Shown: positions 36,775 to 50,073 of the stretch, one piece after another
Layout: the number at the start of each line of letters is the position of its first letter
Numbering within the stretch: the first letter of the stretch is position 1
Assembly (NCBI GenBank): GCA_017654855.1
Contig: CM030332.1
Span: 1,984,001-2,048,000 of the forward strand
DNA: 64,000 bases
Origin: Podospora anserina
Taxonomy: Eukaryota
Direction: 5' to 3'
Made by a program: the position numbers and the translations under genes
Notes under the pieces: generated by a model
Seen by the model: the letters and a program-made list of their open reading frames with translations, nothing else
Told to the model about the DNA's origin: nothing
Database searches by the model: none

Positions 36775-37874
36775 GATGGCAAGTGCTGGATATAAGAAAA
36801 CTCTCTGTCAATCAAGGCCATCAGGATGTTGGGCAATGGGATAGTTTGTTGAGTTAAAGATATCATAAAACAGTAAGCTGTAGCGCGGTTGAGAGCACAT
36901 GCTCTGCCGATTTATTGCTTTGGTTACTCGATCGCGGAGGTTTCATCTCGACCCGCTACTATTGACGATTTTGGAAGGGCTTTCCGATAGCTCACGTATG
37001 AAGATATCGCCACCTCTTCCATAAACATCTTCTGATTCTGCATTGAGTGATCCAGTGGGTGTCATTTTTGCTCGGCTTTGATGTTATCTCTTCGAGTCAC
37101 ACCCAGACAGTGCTCTGAACGTAAACAAGGTGAATGACCCTCAACGCCAGGGAGCACCAAGTCAGTAAGCGTTGCATACCATGATAGAATTCGTAGAAAT
37201 TCTTCGATTCAACTAGCAGATCTCGATTCGAAGATGCGGGTGTCTTCTAAATAGCATCCGGTTGTGGGCCATGTGCTTAGCCCACCGTGTGATGGGTGTC
37301 GTGTCATGACGCCCAAGGTTGCAGCAAGGTGACTGTCAACAGAAGGTTCCCTCTTTGTGCATCTTGAGAGTCCTCGATCTAGCTGTCCCTCGCAAGCTGT
37401 CAGAGCCATACTTGGCATCGTTTGCTTCTCTGACCGCCTATCAACCCCGTGGGTTTCGCTGGTGGGAGCAGTGGAGGGTGACGCAAATTCAATTGTCCAC
37501 ACAGCATCGACCCAGCAAAACGCAGTGAACCGTGTGATCGTGCTTGCATGTAGACACAAACAAATGCACCTTGGCCTGCAGCTGCACGGCCTAATCTATC
37601 TTACCTGCCCTCGGAAGGATTCAGGAAAGTTTGTTGCTCTAGTGACTTTCTCAGGCCAGGAACCAGCTGTTCTCAACCATTCTCTTCTCCTTTCCACTTT
37701 CTGGAAGCAGTAACCATTTCATCCATCTGAGAAGAAGAAAAGGCTCGCCTTCCCTCACAAAGCTCGCGTTCACGCTCGCTACTACTACCATCGCCGTTCG
37801 AGCTTCCGGCCCCTGTTACCCTTGCACTACTCGTGCTCGGCCCTGAACCGGTAGCCGAAGTGCCCGACTTACCG

Positions 37875-40502
37875 ATGCGTGAGTGTCTTCCGTGTTCTTA
37901 GCTTCTCTTTTTCTGAATTCTCTGCAAACCATCGTTTTCATTCTTCTTCCAGTTTACCCTTTTTACCTTTCTGCAGAGTCTGTCGTTGTGTTGTTGACGT
38001 AGATGTTCTGCCGTTGGGCAATGGGAACGTTGGCTTTATCTTTAACCCCTTCATCCTGATTTTTTTGGTTTAGCATTCATTCTTCCCTCTTGTTTGATAT
38101 TCTTCTCCTATCATTACCTTTGCATCCCTATCATCAAGAACCAGCTGCTCACTTCGGTGGGCAACAACGCAAAGAAGCCCGTTCTCCGCCGAGGAAATGT
38201 TGTGCGAATGTAACAAGTTCCATTGCAGGATTGCTTGAAACAGTCCCAGTTGCAAGCCCGCTCCTTTCCAATCCCCTGGTCACAGTCTTCTGATGAAAAC
38301 GGTCGGTCCGGATCCGTTGCCAAGGCGGAGGGACAACCATCAGTCGGGCCAAGAAGAGTTCGAGGAGCTCTCTCGGCGAATAAACACAGCACAGACACAC
38401 AAACCACACAACCACACACAGATGTTGACAAGATTCTTCAAGATCGCATCCGAACTTGGGCGAGGGCAAAGGCCCATGGCCCTTCTCCCCTTACCGGGAC
38501 ACCCCCGAGGACCCATGCTGCCGAAGCTGGGAACGAACGACGAGAAGGACGCCGAGATCGCCCAGCAGAAGACACCTCAAGGAATGCCTTCACAAGCTTC
38601 TGGCTAACAATACGAGCTATCCTGTTCTCGAGCATCGTCAATGTACTACTCATCTTTGTCCCAGTTGGGTTTGCTGTCCGTATGTCGTCGCTGCCCCTGT
38701 TGGTTCCTTCAAAGTTGGTGATTCTGACAAAGCAATAGGTTTCGCGCATTTGCCTGCAGGCGTGGTTTTCGGTGTCAACGCTGTTGCAATTATTCCACTC
38801 GCCAGTTTGCTCAGCCATGCGACGGAGAGTGTAGCCAGCCGAATGGGCGATACCGTGGGGGCTTTGATGAATGTCACCTTTGGCAATGCTGTCGAGCTGA
38901 TCATCTTCATGTTCGTCTTGGCTGTCTCATCTTGTCTTCGTGTGCTAACATCCCCGCAGAATCGCCCTCTGCAAGGATCAGATTCGAATCGTTCAAGCGT
39001 CGCTTGTGGGCTCGATATTGGCTAACGTCCTCCTGATCCTCGGCATGTGCTTCCTCCTCGGCGGTCTGCGGTTCCGGGAGCAAATCTACAACTCGACCGT
39101 CACGCAAACCAGTGCCTCGCTCTTGGCCTTGAGTGTGATGAGTCTGCTCATACCGACCGTTTTCCATGCCTCTTTCAGCAAGATCCTCACGGCAGACGAC
39201 AAGGTCCTCAAGATCAGCAGGGGCACATCGGTGATCTTGCTGCTTGTTTATCTTCTCTACCTGGTGTTTCAGCTGAAGTCACATTCGTACCTGTACGAGT
39301 CGACACCACAGCATATCATTGAGATGGAGACCAGGCCTGGACCGGCAGCGCACTATTTCCACTCGTCGAGCTCGTTGGATGAAATGGACAGCGACCACAA
39401 TACTTCGAGCGACGAAAATAGGGAAGACGAGGGGATCGGGCGTGGAAGACAACTAGAGGCACTTCAACTTCATGGCACGGGATCGGCAGAAGACACCCAC
39501 CCTGACGCTGTCACTGACGGGCACGAGTCGGGTCAAGGAGCTCCTACCCACTCCCACAAGAAGTCAAAGAAGTCGAAACATCACCACAAGCGACACCATT
39601 CCAAAAAACATTGTGACTCTGGCGAGCAGACACAGCCATCGGTCCGCCGAGTGGCCTTTGAAGAGGGCCCCTCGCTGGAAGCACAACCTGTCCCATCCTC
39701 GCCACGACCTCTGTCGTTGAGCTTTCGCCAATTACCTCTCTTCACACCCCGTCAGTCAAGACTGAACATCAACAACCCCTCCAATCTCCCACCTGATTGC
39801 CCACGCCGCGCCCGTTCGCTCCCTCTGAACCGTGGCCCTCCCACTTCTTCCTCTATATTTGATCCCAGCTTCAGGTTTTCCACTGTCAATGCTGATCCCC
39901 AACCGTCAACTACCTCTGCCCCTACGACTTCTCCCGACGATGGTCGGTCCACCACCACCTCCAAACCTCCAATCTGGCCTCCCATCCTTGTCCTGCTCAT
40001 TTCAACGGCGTTGATCTCCCTCCAAGCAGAGTTCATGGTTTCAGCCATCACACCACTTTTGGCATCCGATACGGGCTTGTCAGAGGCGTTTATCGGGCTG
40101 ATCCTGCTCCCAATTGTCGGCAACGCAGCAGAGCACTTGACAGCTGTCACAGTCGCTCTCAAGAACAAGATGGATCTTGCTATTGGTGTTGCCGTTGGTT
40201 CGTCAATCCAGATTGCACTGTTTGTCACACCTCTCGTGGTAATACTAGGGTGGGCCATGGGCAAAGATATGAGTCTCTTCTTTACCTTGTTCGAAACGGT
40301 GTGCGTGGTTGTCTCGGCATTCATTGTCAGCTTCCTCGTGCTGGATGGAAGAAGTAATTATCTCGAGGGAGCTCTCTTGGTTGCGGGCTATGTCATGATT
40401 GCGGTAGCGGCGTTTTTCTATCCGGATGTTGCTGCGGCGAATTTGCTGGGGGGTGGGCAGGATGAATTGTTGAATGGGGGCCCGGTGAATGGGAGTGGGT
40501 GA
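37875..40502 (+). CDS. vcx1: Vacuolar Ca2+/H+ exchanger (CAX/VCX1 family)
   Basis: Alpha-1 repeat [11 protein letters not shown] and alpha-2 repeat [52 protein letters not shown]. Introns 38680-38738 and 38911-38959. The start is inferred: ATGC at 37875-37878 spliced to 38443 gives [11 protein letters not shown]. Confidence 0.88.
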
Positions 40503-40824
40503 TACCTAGGGCAAAACTGGAGCAGGGACGGTGTCGAGCAGAGACGGCGGTGGGCGTCGAGTAGGAGCAGTCATACGGGAAGGAGCGGTGTCAGGGTTGG
40601 TGTTTTACTATATGCATTGAAGGCGTTTCTTGACAGCCAAGGTCAGGAGCTTGGAGGTTATTGCATTCTTTTCTTTTTGTGTTTCCTGGCCATCTAGCAT
40701 GTAAGGAATAGAAGAGGTACCGATCATTCACTTTCTCTAACCATTCTTGTCGTCATGATTTTCGTTTTGGGTATCATCATTCGTCGTAACATCATCTCGT
40801 TGTCTCTTCCATTGTTTTCCCAGC

Positions 40825-41192
40825 TCAGTCATACTCCCGAATCGGACAGCAAGTCTCATTCAAGCAATCACAGCACACCCAGCAGCAACAACAACTAGCA
40901 CAAAACCACGCCCAGCAACCAATCGGCTCTGGCTGTCTCCGCCTCCGCTTCTCCTGCACAACAACCACTCTTGTCGGAGAGGGCGACAGCGACCGCTCTG
41001 GTCCTTCAACGTCAATGACGTGCGCGGTTCTGCTTGTTCGGGTGGTGGACTGGTAGTATGCTCTTGGAGGGGGCCTTGTGCTGGTTGGTTGGTAATTATC
41101 AGCTTTGCCGAAGAGAGTGTCAGCAGAGAGGAAGAAGAAGATGCGTACTATTGCGGACGTGGCTCTGTTTCGTAGTAGTATCCGCCGCCCAT
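40825..41192 (-). CDS. CYSTM-like cysteine-rich tail-anchored peptide (99 aa)
   Basis: Exons 41149-41192 and 40825-41080 (intron GTACGC..GCTGAT..CAG). MGGGYYYETEPRPQYTRPPPRAYYQ...KRRRRQPEPIGCWAWFCASCCCCWVCCDCLNETCC. A P/Y/Q-rich N-terminus, basic patch and Cys-rich tail match the CYSTM architecture. Confidence 0.8.
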
Positions 41193-42491
41193 TCTGTCCA
41201 ATTCCTTGGTTCAATTGGTCCCGGTTCGAGGCCGTTTTGAAGGCCGTTTGGCGATAAGAACACTCAATTGATCGCCCTTGACTGACTGCTTGGTATCCTG
41301 ACAGGGAACACGAAAAAGGTGGGGTGGGGTTGTTGGTCGATGTGTCAGTTCCAAAGACCGCACTCTTGACCTCGTTACCGAAGGGGGGAAGTGAATAATT
41401 GATCGGGGAAAAAACGAGATCCTTTCTAACACGAAGACCCGTGGTCAGGACGACGGACGGGCTGGCCGTGGGGTTTTATAAACTTGTTTCGATCGAGACA
41501 AGGAAGACCGGAGAGAGAGGGGACGACACCATGGCTAAGGCTGACGGGCAGACGCTGGCTTGCGGCGTGGGAGCGTGTTCTTTTTTGGTATACATACATA
41601 CAAATGGGTAAAGCGGGAAGGAATTTGCGGCGCAGCAACACCAGGGAGGGGAACTGATTGGCGTGGTGGAAAGTGGGGGAGGATGCTGGCCAACTGAATT
41701 GAGGCCTGCTTGGTCGAGGCCGGCGAAACCAGTAGCTTTTGACTGTCAGCGCCGGCTGCTTGGTGATGGGGAGAGGAATGCTCTAGAGGGGCACAGGGGA
41801 AGATGGAGCGAGTAGAAGGACGGGAGTCATTGTCTTTGCATGATAGTGTATGTCATAATGTATGCGGGCGAGCAGATAACAACAATGGGCTGAGTTCCAA
41901 AAGGGGAGATATTTCTCGTGTTTCTCAGAGTCGCAACAGCTCTGGATCACTTGGTACTCGATTTGTCCCACACGAGATGGGGGCCCGTTGTGTGCTGCCT
42001 TCTAGAAGGCAAACAACCAGCAGTGGTAGGGGAACCATGGGCAGATCGAGTTGATCTCTGGCCTGGTCATGGAAGAGCAACAGCTTTGCACGGCCAGCAG
42101 ATAGAAAATCCATCACTCGGGAGAGCAATGTGCCAAGCCCGGTCCGAACAGGGCGAGACGGGGCCGGGCCCGGGCCTGTGAAGCTCACCCGAAACAAGAG
42201 AGCGATCAACAGACCTGACCAGGTCAAGCACCATGAGAAAATCGTCTCAAGTATTCGCAACATGTTTTTCCAGGTCGCCGGTGTCGCCCTCGCACTCAAC
42301 GGCTCCCGTTCCTTTTCTACCAGCTCTCCCTGAGCCCCAAGGAATCGAAACCCTTTCCTCCGACATCATCAAACAGTTCATGCCAGCAGACAACGCACCT
42401 GACTCTCCTCAACTTCCTCCTTAGTCTCCCTCCGCCGTCTTCCAGTTGGAAGAAAACCAGAGGTCAATCATCACCTAACCATCTCGCGACA

Positions 42492-43209
42492 ATGGGTGTC
42501 CCCGTCGTTTTGGCAACGGTTGCTGCGTGCGGTAGTATCGTGACGTCGATCAAGTCGAGCTGGGAGCTCCGGCGCATGGTCAAGAGAAAGAAGGAGCAGC
42601 ATGAAGCTGATGATGAGGCGCCCTATGTCTTTCGCAAGTTGCGCCAGGCGTACTATGATGGGCTTATGACGGTGCCCGAGTACGAGCAATGGTACGAGAA
42701 GTTCCTCGTGGCCAAGGTCGAAAAGGACTGTAAGTTTGTGCTCCATTCAAGTCTTCACTGAGAGCAAAAGGTATTAACCATTCGCAGTGGCCGGCCTTCG
42801 CCGTATCCGCGCGCATCTCCGCATCATTGAGAACGGAGCGCCCATCACAGGCAATCGTCGATCGCGGTCGGTCGAACCAAGCAGGCGTCGGCAGTCTGTG
42901 ACATTTGCGCCGACTCCCCAGCATCCGGCCTATGTCGACTATCGACAGCCCAACCGTGGAAACATTGAGTACTATGCGGACCCACGCGCCAGGGTTGGTG
43001 CGCACCCTGATGAGTTTGTTCGACTGGAGCGGCAGTCGACGTACAGTCGTGCTTCGTCGTCGGACGCGCAGTCGCGTGTCAGTCGGAGCTCATCGGCGCG
43101 GCATGAGTCTAGGGGTCGCTCGAGGAGGAGGTATGATAGCAGTGATTCGGATAGTGACGACTACTACTATGAGAAGAGGAGCTATCGCGGTAGGAGCTCA
43201 AATCGGTAG
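42492..43209 (+). CDS. Hypothetical protein with hydrophobic/helical N-terminal domain and R/S/D/Y-rich tail
   Basis: Two exons (intron 42730-42787, GTAAGT..ATTAAC..CAG). MGVPVVLATVAACGSIVTSIKSSWELRR...; C-terminus SRGRSRRRYDSSDSDSDDYYYEKRSYRGRSSNR*. Confidence 0.8.
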
Positions 43210-43701
43210 TCGCGCATTTTGTCTTTTGCGACTGATGTCGAGAGGGGCGGTTCTTTTCAGGCGTTTGCGAGTAGTGGCAGGACTGGGTTGGACTTATGAT
43301 GAATTTTCCTTTGTACTAGCATAGCGTAATGAACAAGAGTAGTGCATTTCCATTTGTCGCGTTACTCCTTGGTTGTGAGGAAGGAGCGAACTGTATGGAC
43401 GCAGAGTTGTAGTTGGAATGGTCGAGGGCAAGCAGCCAGTGGAGAGCTGGAGCAATTGGATTTGTAGCTGTAAGGCTGGAGCCCGAAGCTCCAGCCTTTG
43501 GGCAGGGGTCATCCGCGTCAGCCCCACATGGCGCATCCTTATGAAGATGGGGCATCGAATTCTGCATGCTCTGACCGCCAAAATTTTGAATTTGTCCCCA
43601 CCAGAGAGTGTGCTGACCCTTGCGCGCTGTCCTAGAATGCGCCCGCAGTTGTTTTCAACATAGGCATAAACAACACCGCAGACTGCCCGCTATCTACAAC
43701 C

Positions 43702-45501
43702 ATGGCCACTGTAGCCCCCCCTCCCTCGAAGAGGCAAAAGAGAGAAGAGATCGAGCGCACCACAGTCCAGCAAGATGTTTCCCCTCTGCTTGCGACGGAT
43801 CTCGGGTCCTTCAAGGCCAATTTTATTGATGGTGATGGGAACCAAATGGCCGATGTGATTGAGATCAACTTTGCCGATGCCTCCGAGAAGAATGTGTCTG
43901 CCTTGTTGAACACTATGATGGGGAGGGTACGATCACACCGGAGTCCCCTATACTCAACCTACCTCTTGAACTCATGCGCTGACACTTTTAACCCCAATTC
44001 AGGATCGTGAAGAATTCACCCCCTACCGCTTTCGCATCCACATCCCCGGAAGGGACGTCATTGTAGACCAATATCCCACAGATTTACTTGGACTCCTTAA
44101 AAAGCATGGCGTGAACAACCCCTTCGAAACGACCATCACCCTCTCCGCCGAGCCCCAGGCTGTTTTCAGGGTCCAGGCTGTCTCCCGTATGGCCCACAAG
44201 ATCTCCGGCCACGGTCAACCTATCCTCTGCTGCCAGTTCTCTCCTCTTTCCTCCAGCCGCCTCGCCACAGGCAGCGGCGACAACACTGCGCGCATCTGGA
44301 ATGTCGATACCGGTACACCCGAGAAGACGCTATCTGGGCATACAGGCTGGGTGATGAGTGTAAACTGGAGGCCAGATGGACAACAGCTGGCTACCTGCTC
44401 TATGGACAAGACTGTGCGGGTATGGGACCCGGCGACTGGAAAGTCGACAGCCGAGCTCAAAGGGCATGCGAAGTGGGTTTTGGGATTGGCGTGGGAACCT
44501 TACCACTGTAAGTTTGGTTCTTGATTCTAGGGAAAACAACTTGTCATACTAACCGCAAGCAGTGTGGCGTGATGGCACGCCTAGACTTGTCTCTTGCTCC
44601 AAAGACGGCACTGCCAGGATATGGGTCGTCAACACTGGCCGTACTGAGCATGTGCTGAGCGGTCACAAGAGCTCAATTACCTGCGTGAGATGGGGCGGGA
44701 CAGGCCAGGTATGGACTAACCTCAACATATCCACAAGATGACCTCCCATACTGACGAGTCCCGACAGATTTACACCGGCTCTCAAGACAGAACTGTTCGC
44801 ATCTGGGATAGCGTAAAGGGCACCCTCGTCCAAAGTCTAACCGCCCACGGCCACTGGATCAACAACATTGCTCTCTCTAGCGACTTTGTCCTGAGAACAG
44901 GTTACCTAGACCACAGCAAGGAGGTCCCAGAGACAGAAGAAGCCAAGAGGACCAAGGCCAAGGAGAGATTCGAAAAGGCCGTCAAGATCAACGGCAAGGT
45001 TGCCGAGAGGTTTGTCTCAGCGAGCGACGATTTCACAATGTACCTCTGGGATCCAACCGACAACGGGAACAAACCGGTGGCCAGACTGTTAGGTCACCAA
45101 AACAAGGTCAATCAGTGTGCCTTCTCGCCAGATGGCACCATGATTGCCAGCGCTGGTTGGGACAACCATACTGTAAGTTTTATTACATAACCTTTGTTCC
45201 TTTCCAGTCCAAGGCTCACATGAAACAGAAACTATGGAACGCCAGAGACGGCAAGTTCTTGACCACTCTCAGAGGCCACGTAGGTCCGGTGTTCCAATGC
45301 GCCTGGTCAGCCGACAGCCGCTTGCTTGTTACTGGTAGCAGAGACTGCACCCTCAAGGTGTGGAACGTTTTGAAGGGCGCGCTGGCGAGGGATCTGCCGG
45401 GCCACGAGGATGAGGTGTATGCTGTAGACTGGGCGCCGAGGGACGGAGCCAAGGTGGCGTCTGGTGGGAAAGATAAGGCTGTCAGGACATGGATGAACTA
45501 G
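43702..45501 (+). CDS. RSA4: Ribosome assembly protein 4 / Notchless (NLE domain + WD40 repeats)
   Basis: MATVAPPPSKRQKRE, NLE domain, AEPQAVFRV, LATGSGDNTARIW, LAWEPYH, AHGHWINNIALS, VSASDDFTMYLW, DLPGHEDEVYAVDW, SGGKDKAVRTW. Four introns. Confidence 0.96.
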
Positions 45502-45907
45502 AGAGGAGGGGATGGTTGGTAAGAGTAAAGGAGAGGGGGGCGAGGAGTGATGATACCCTGATGGTAGAGGAATACAAAAAAAAAGATGATCGTTTATGTT
45601 GCTATTCGGAGGCAAAAGGTTGCATGTGACTAAAACACTGGAAATGAACAAACCTATCGCGAATAGGTCTTACATAACGGATAGAGGAGTACAGCATCCG
45701 GGAGGGCAAATCCGCCCTGTCACGACAGGTTGATGGGAACTTGACCGCCGAAGAACGGGCAATAGGGACGGGGGTCATGTTCCGTGATATCCTGTCCTGC
45801 CAGAAGGCTGCCCATCAAAACTGATGATCACGAAGTTTTACCCATACCTACTACCTGCCTTGCCTTACGTACCTACGTACCCACGTACCCAATGCTGGAA
45901 CGAGGCG

Positions 45908-45920
45908 CACACACACACAC
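45908..45920. repeat. (CA)n microsatellite near a degenerate TACC/TACG repeat tract (about 45845-45890)
   Basis: cacacacacacac and tacgtacctacgtacccacgtaccc are read directly from the sequence. Confidence 0.6.
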
Positions 45921-48771
45921 CCATCTAGCTAGACGAAGACGAGCCGTGAGGTGATTCTTCATTCGGCCGGGCCGTCTTCAGCTACTAGAATTTGGAGGTG
46001 TTCTCGGCATTTGTGGTACTGGGCGAGCCTTGGCTCATGTGCCGTCCCCGAACAGGTAGTTGTGAGAGGTTGATCGGAGGATTTTGCTGAGTTTGGATCG
46101 TCATCACAGAGAGTATGTATGAGAGAGTTTCTATCTTTGCCGAGCTTTCACCGCTACTGTCTCATTGTGGGACGGGAGTTTACTCCAACACTCTCAGACG
46201 AGAGAGATAAAGAGTGGTAAAATGCCGCCAACCGAGATGGGAAATCAGGGTTGAGAATAAGGCCGGTTAGGGAAAGACGGGAATAGCAACTCCTATCTGC
46301 AGAAGAGGAGAGCCATGGTTTGGCTTGTGATTGTTACTGGATACTATGTGTGAACTGGGCGGGATTTTCACCATGGCATGAAATGAGATGGTGACATCCT
46401 TCCCCTGGGATGCTTGGGACACTTCTTTTTTTCCTGCAATGGGCCATCCCCGGCAGATCGTGGTGTCTAGACTACTGCGTAAACATGTGTGTGAGCAGAC
46501 GCCGTGCATTAGTGGGTTGTTGCTGGCTTTGCTGCAGCTGTCTCCGATAGGTCCCGTGGAATCGGGGTTCGTGGATGAGGTGTCTGTGGAGTGTTGATTC
46601 TCGGGGATAGCCCACAGGATGATGGTGCGGAGTGCATTGGAGAATGAGGGGATTGAGGGGACACACGTGGTTATGGTGTCCTGACTATTAGGTGGTGGTT
46701 TGGCGAGAGAACAGCCGTAGCAATTGTCCCTGTTGTCAGTCTGATGATAGGCATGGGTACCCATAATGTCGAGCTCACCATCAGATACTGGTAGTGAAGA
46801 TACAGAGAGCAATCTTGTGAAGAAATCACCTTGACAGAAGATGCCACAAATGACGGCATACATGTAGCCATCACGGAGATATACTCGGCCATTCGTCTCA
46901 GTCTAAAAGTAGGATCATGGCTGCTTGGTGGCATCATAGCGTTCGTTCAAACAGCGCCGTCAGAAGCAAGTCTCCGTTTCCAAGCATGTCAGAAATTCAC
47001 TATGAGCTATTTTCTTCCCTGGGTGTCACATAACAGTGCGGCCAATGGAGAAATTGAAGGCATCAAATACCATGGTACTTGACGGCCCTCCGATGTATGA
47101 GATGTCGTCGGCGGGTGGCGTCTGATTTTAGCCTATCAAAGCCCTGTGTGGGCTCGGGAGATCTCGGGACTCCACGGTCAATGGTTCCATGGCGCACATC
47201 AAACGGCCGTCCATGTGGCTGGGACAGGCTCATCGCTTCGCTTATACTTCGATCGGCCCGTGAAGCATGAAAATTTTTCCATTCTACCTCTTCACGATGG
47301 ACTGTCACCAAGCCGGTGATGGTCGGGTAGGTGATTATGTTGAGAACAATAAGCGCGCCCAGCTTACCATCATTCGGCCAGGAAGGGTTTCCGTCTGTGC
47401 CTCATGACGGCACTTGCTGCCGAGTATTCCATTCCTGCGTGCTTTACAGACCTGATAAGAGGTCGACACGTTTCCCATGCTGTGCCTCTGACTGGACCGA
47501 CAACGCTCCATGGGACGGCAGAGGAGACTCGGACCTTTTTTTCTCCGTTGAGGAGTTGCTCAATTAAGGTTGCTCATAGTGGAATCTGACGTGTTTCGGT
47601 GGCTCATCTGTCTGGAAACGCTCCAAACAGCGCCGCCGGCGCCCAGCCTTCTGGCCCCTCCCGCTCACCACAGCCCTGCGCTGTGACCAACCACCAGCGT
47701 CATCTTCCCTCTTCTGAACCTCTTCCCTCGGCCGGAGTAACGGACTCGAAGCCGATAATGGCTCTTGTCTATTTCCTGCGTTTGAGAACCATTGCTTGCT
47801 TGAAATCAAGATATCACGGTCATGGATCTGATACAATATGTAGACCAAAGGCAATGACAAGGACAAGAGCTGTTATCGGCAGACCAGGCTACTGACCGGC
47901 ATCAACTATCTCCACTGTTCCAGGCCCGGACCTTCCATGCCTCTGGAATCCATCCGCTGATCTGCTTTTCAAGACCGGCAACGGTCCCAAGAGCCTGTGT
48001 CACGGAATTCGAGTGAGAGTCTTGGACCGGGTAATGGATGTCTCGATTGATATCTTGGTGCAGAACTTTCTTGTAAGAGGTCCTTGGCAAAGCATCCATT
48101 ATCCAGGCAGCCAAGCCCGGCTGTTCAGGGTGTGGTTGCAGAACTGCATGTGGTTGACAGCGCTGTGATATCCAAGTCAAGCAGGAGGTACATAGTGGAC
48201 ACGGCCCATACACATTGGAGGCCGCCGCTGAGGTGGGAGAAAGGATGGCGACCGCGAGCTTACTGGCCTCTGGAGCAGCTGCTTGTAAAGGAGGTGCTAT
48301 CGAGGAGTTGAACTCCGCCAGGCTGAGCCAGACGTCAGAGTGATAGATCAAGTTTTTCTGTTATCAGACATCTCCTTCCCACAGCTCAACCCGTTGGTCA
48401 CACTGTTCGCCATCACCTGGCCCTGACATGTGGCCTCGATTTGGTAACAGGAGACTTTAGATTACGTGATTGCCTGAGAGAAACGGCCGTACAACATGAA
48501 AGGCATGCTCAGAATCTTCGATCCATGACAGGTGCCGAGACAATGCGCAGGCAAGCCGCTGCATTATATAAGTAAGGAAGGCCGGAAACTGTTCGGAAAG
48601 AGAACTCTGTAACGCTCGCAAACCACCGTCGAATAAGAGCTGCAGTTATAACAATAGGCGGGAGCGATTCGAGACTGATATTGGATAGCAGGAAGGAAGA
48701 CGATCAAGGGATCATCAACAAGCAAGCACAACAAAACTCTTTGGGAAAACTTCCAAGGCATTGAGTGGTGG

Positions 48772-48826
48772 GCTGGCCCCCTGTCACTGGATGGAAGCTG
48801 CGGAAGCCCAAGCTGGCCCCTGTCAG
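48772..48826 (+). promoter_or_regulatory. Direct repeat GCTGGCCCC(C)TGTCA, each copy containing a STRE (CCCCT)
   Basis: Copies at 48772 and 48812, about 1.25 kb upstream of the TPS3-like ATG; further CCCCT near 49172 and 49221. STREs are established in yeast trehalose genes; function here is inferred. Confidence 0.35.
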
Positions 48827-50073
48827 TCTTGGCATTCCTCTCGATGCCACCCTCGATGTCCCTTGTCCATCTCCACTGGTTTCGGGCTGGAATGACGAAC
48901 AACGGGCTGGCGGGACGCTGCTTCTTGGTCCGTAGGCCCCACTTTCAGCGCTCCCTTGAGCATTTTGCAGGCATAGCAGCGCCTATGAAGCGAGCTCCAA
49001 CACCGATTAAAAGTGATCGAAGCTCCTCCAAGTTTCCATGATTTCCGTGATCTTCTTGCTTGCTCAAACCAAGACTCTTTCTCGGCAGCAGATCTCCGAT
49101 CAAACTCAAAACCTGTTAGCCTTTGATCTTCACCTAGCTACGGACCAAAAGCCCCAGAACCCCCCTGGTCTGCCACCCACACAGTCTTTAACCATCCGTC
49201 TCCAAAAGCTCGTCAGAGAGCCCCTCACCCCGTCACACTCCCTAGTCAGCGTTTTCTGCAACGCCGTTGTCTGTCAACAAATAGAGACATCCGATCTTCG
49301 ATCTGGGTGGCTATCAACAGGCAAGTAGGTATGCCCAATCCTTAGCTCCCTTCTCGAGCGATTCACCCGTGGTTACTGCCATCCACTCGAGGGAAGAAAA
49401 GCCCCGGCTCTGGCTCGTTACGTCAGAGGGTGGACCACTGGGCACTAACTTGATCCCCGCCCTCAAAATACTATGCTGCCCTATTTTGAGTGACAAGGCC
49501 CAATTGGTCTGACTGGAGATATTTCCTAACAGATTTCGAGCACCAAGTCTCGCGAAGTCTTTGTTTTCCTCTCCCGCCCCCCCGGCATCTTCCAGGCTCT
49601 TTTACGCTGCGCAACTCTTTCGTCCGTCCACCGAGAAGTCTTATCAGGCTTTACACCACACTAGACGCGCCATCCCCGTTTGCCGCAGCTCTTCTGGCCG
49701 CACCGTTAAGCTTGTTCACAAAGCCACCTTGCGTCACTACAATCCGAGCGTCAGCTTAGCTCCTTTATGGTCATCCGCCCTAAGCTCGTCCCACATTTGT
49801 TGAGACGGTGACATTTCCTGGTTCTGTTTGGGCACTTGTGACCTGTCGACAAGCCAAAGACGCCGTTACCGACAGCACTCTCGCGCATCCTGCAAGCTGG
49901 GCTGTTTACCGTTGGGAGAATATCCGTTGCAAAAGCTTCATCCTTGCCCTTGGCCCCCATGAACTTGTCACTGGGGATTTTCCAGTAGCTACAACCACCG
50001 ACTCCTCGCCAACGGCCCTTCTACAATCCCACCTACCTGTTGATAGCAAGAGACGGCCAGTCATCTGCCCATT

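Noticed and set aside
46267-46863. 198-aa minus-strand ORF upstream of TPS3
   Set aside because: No domain, codon bias or splice support; likely spurious.
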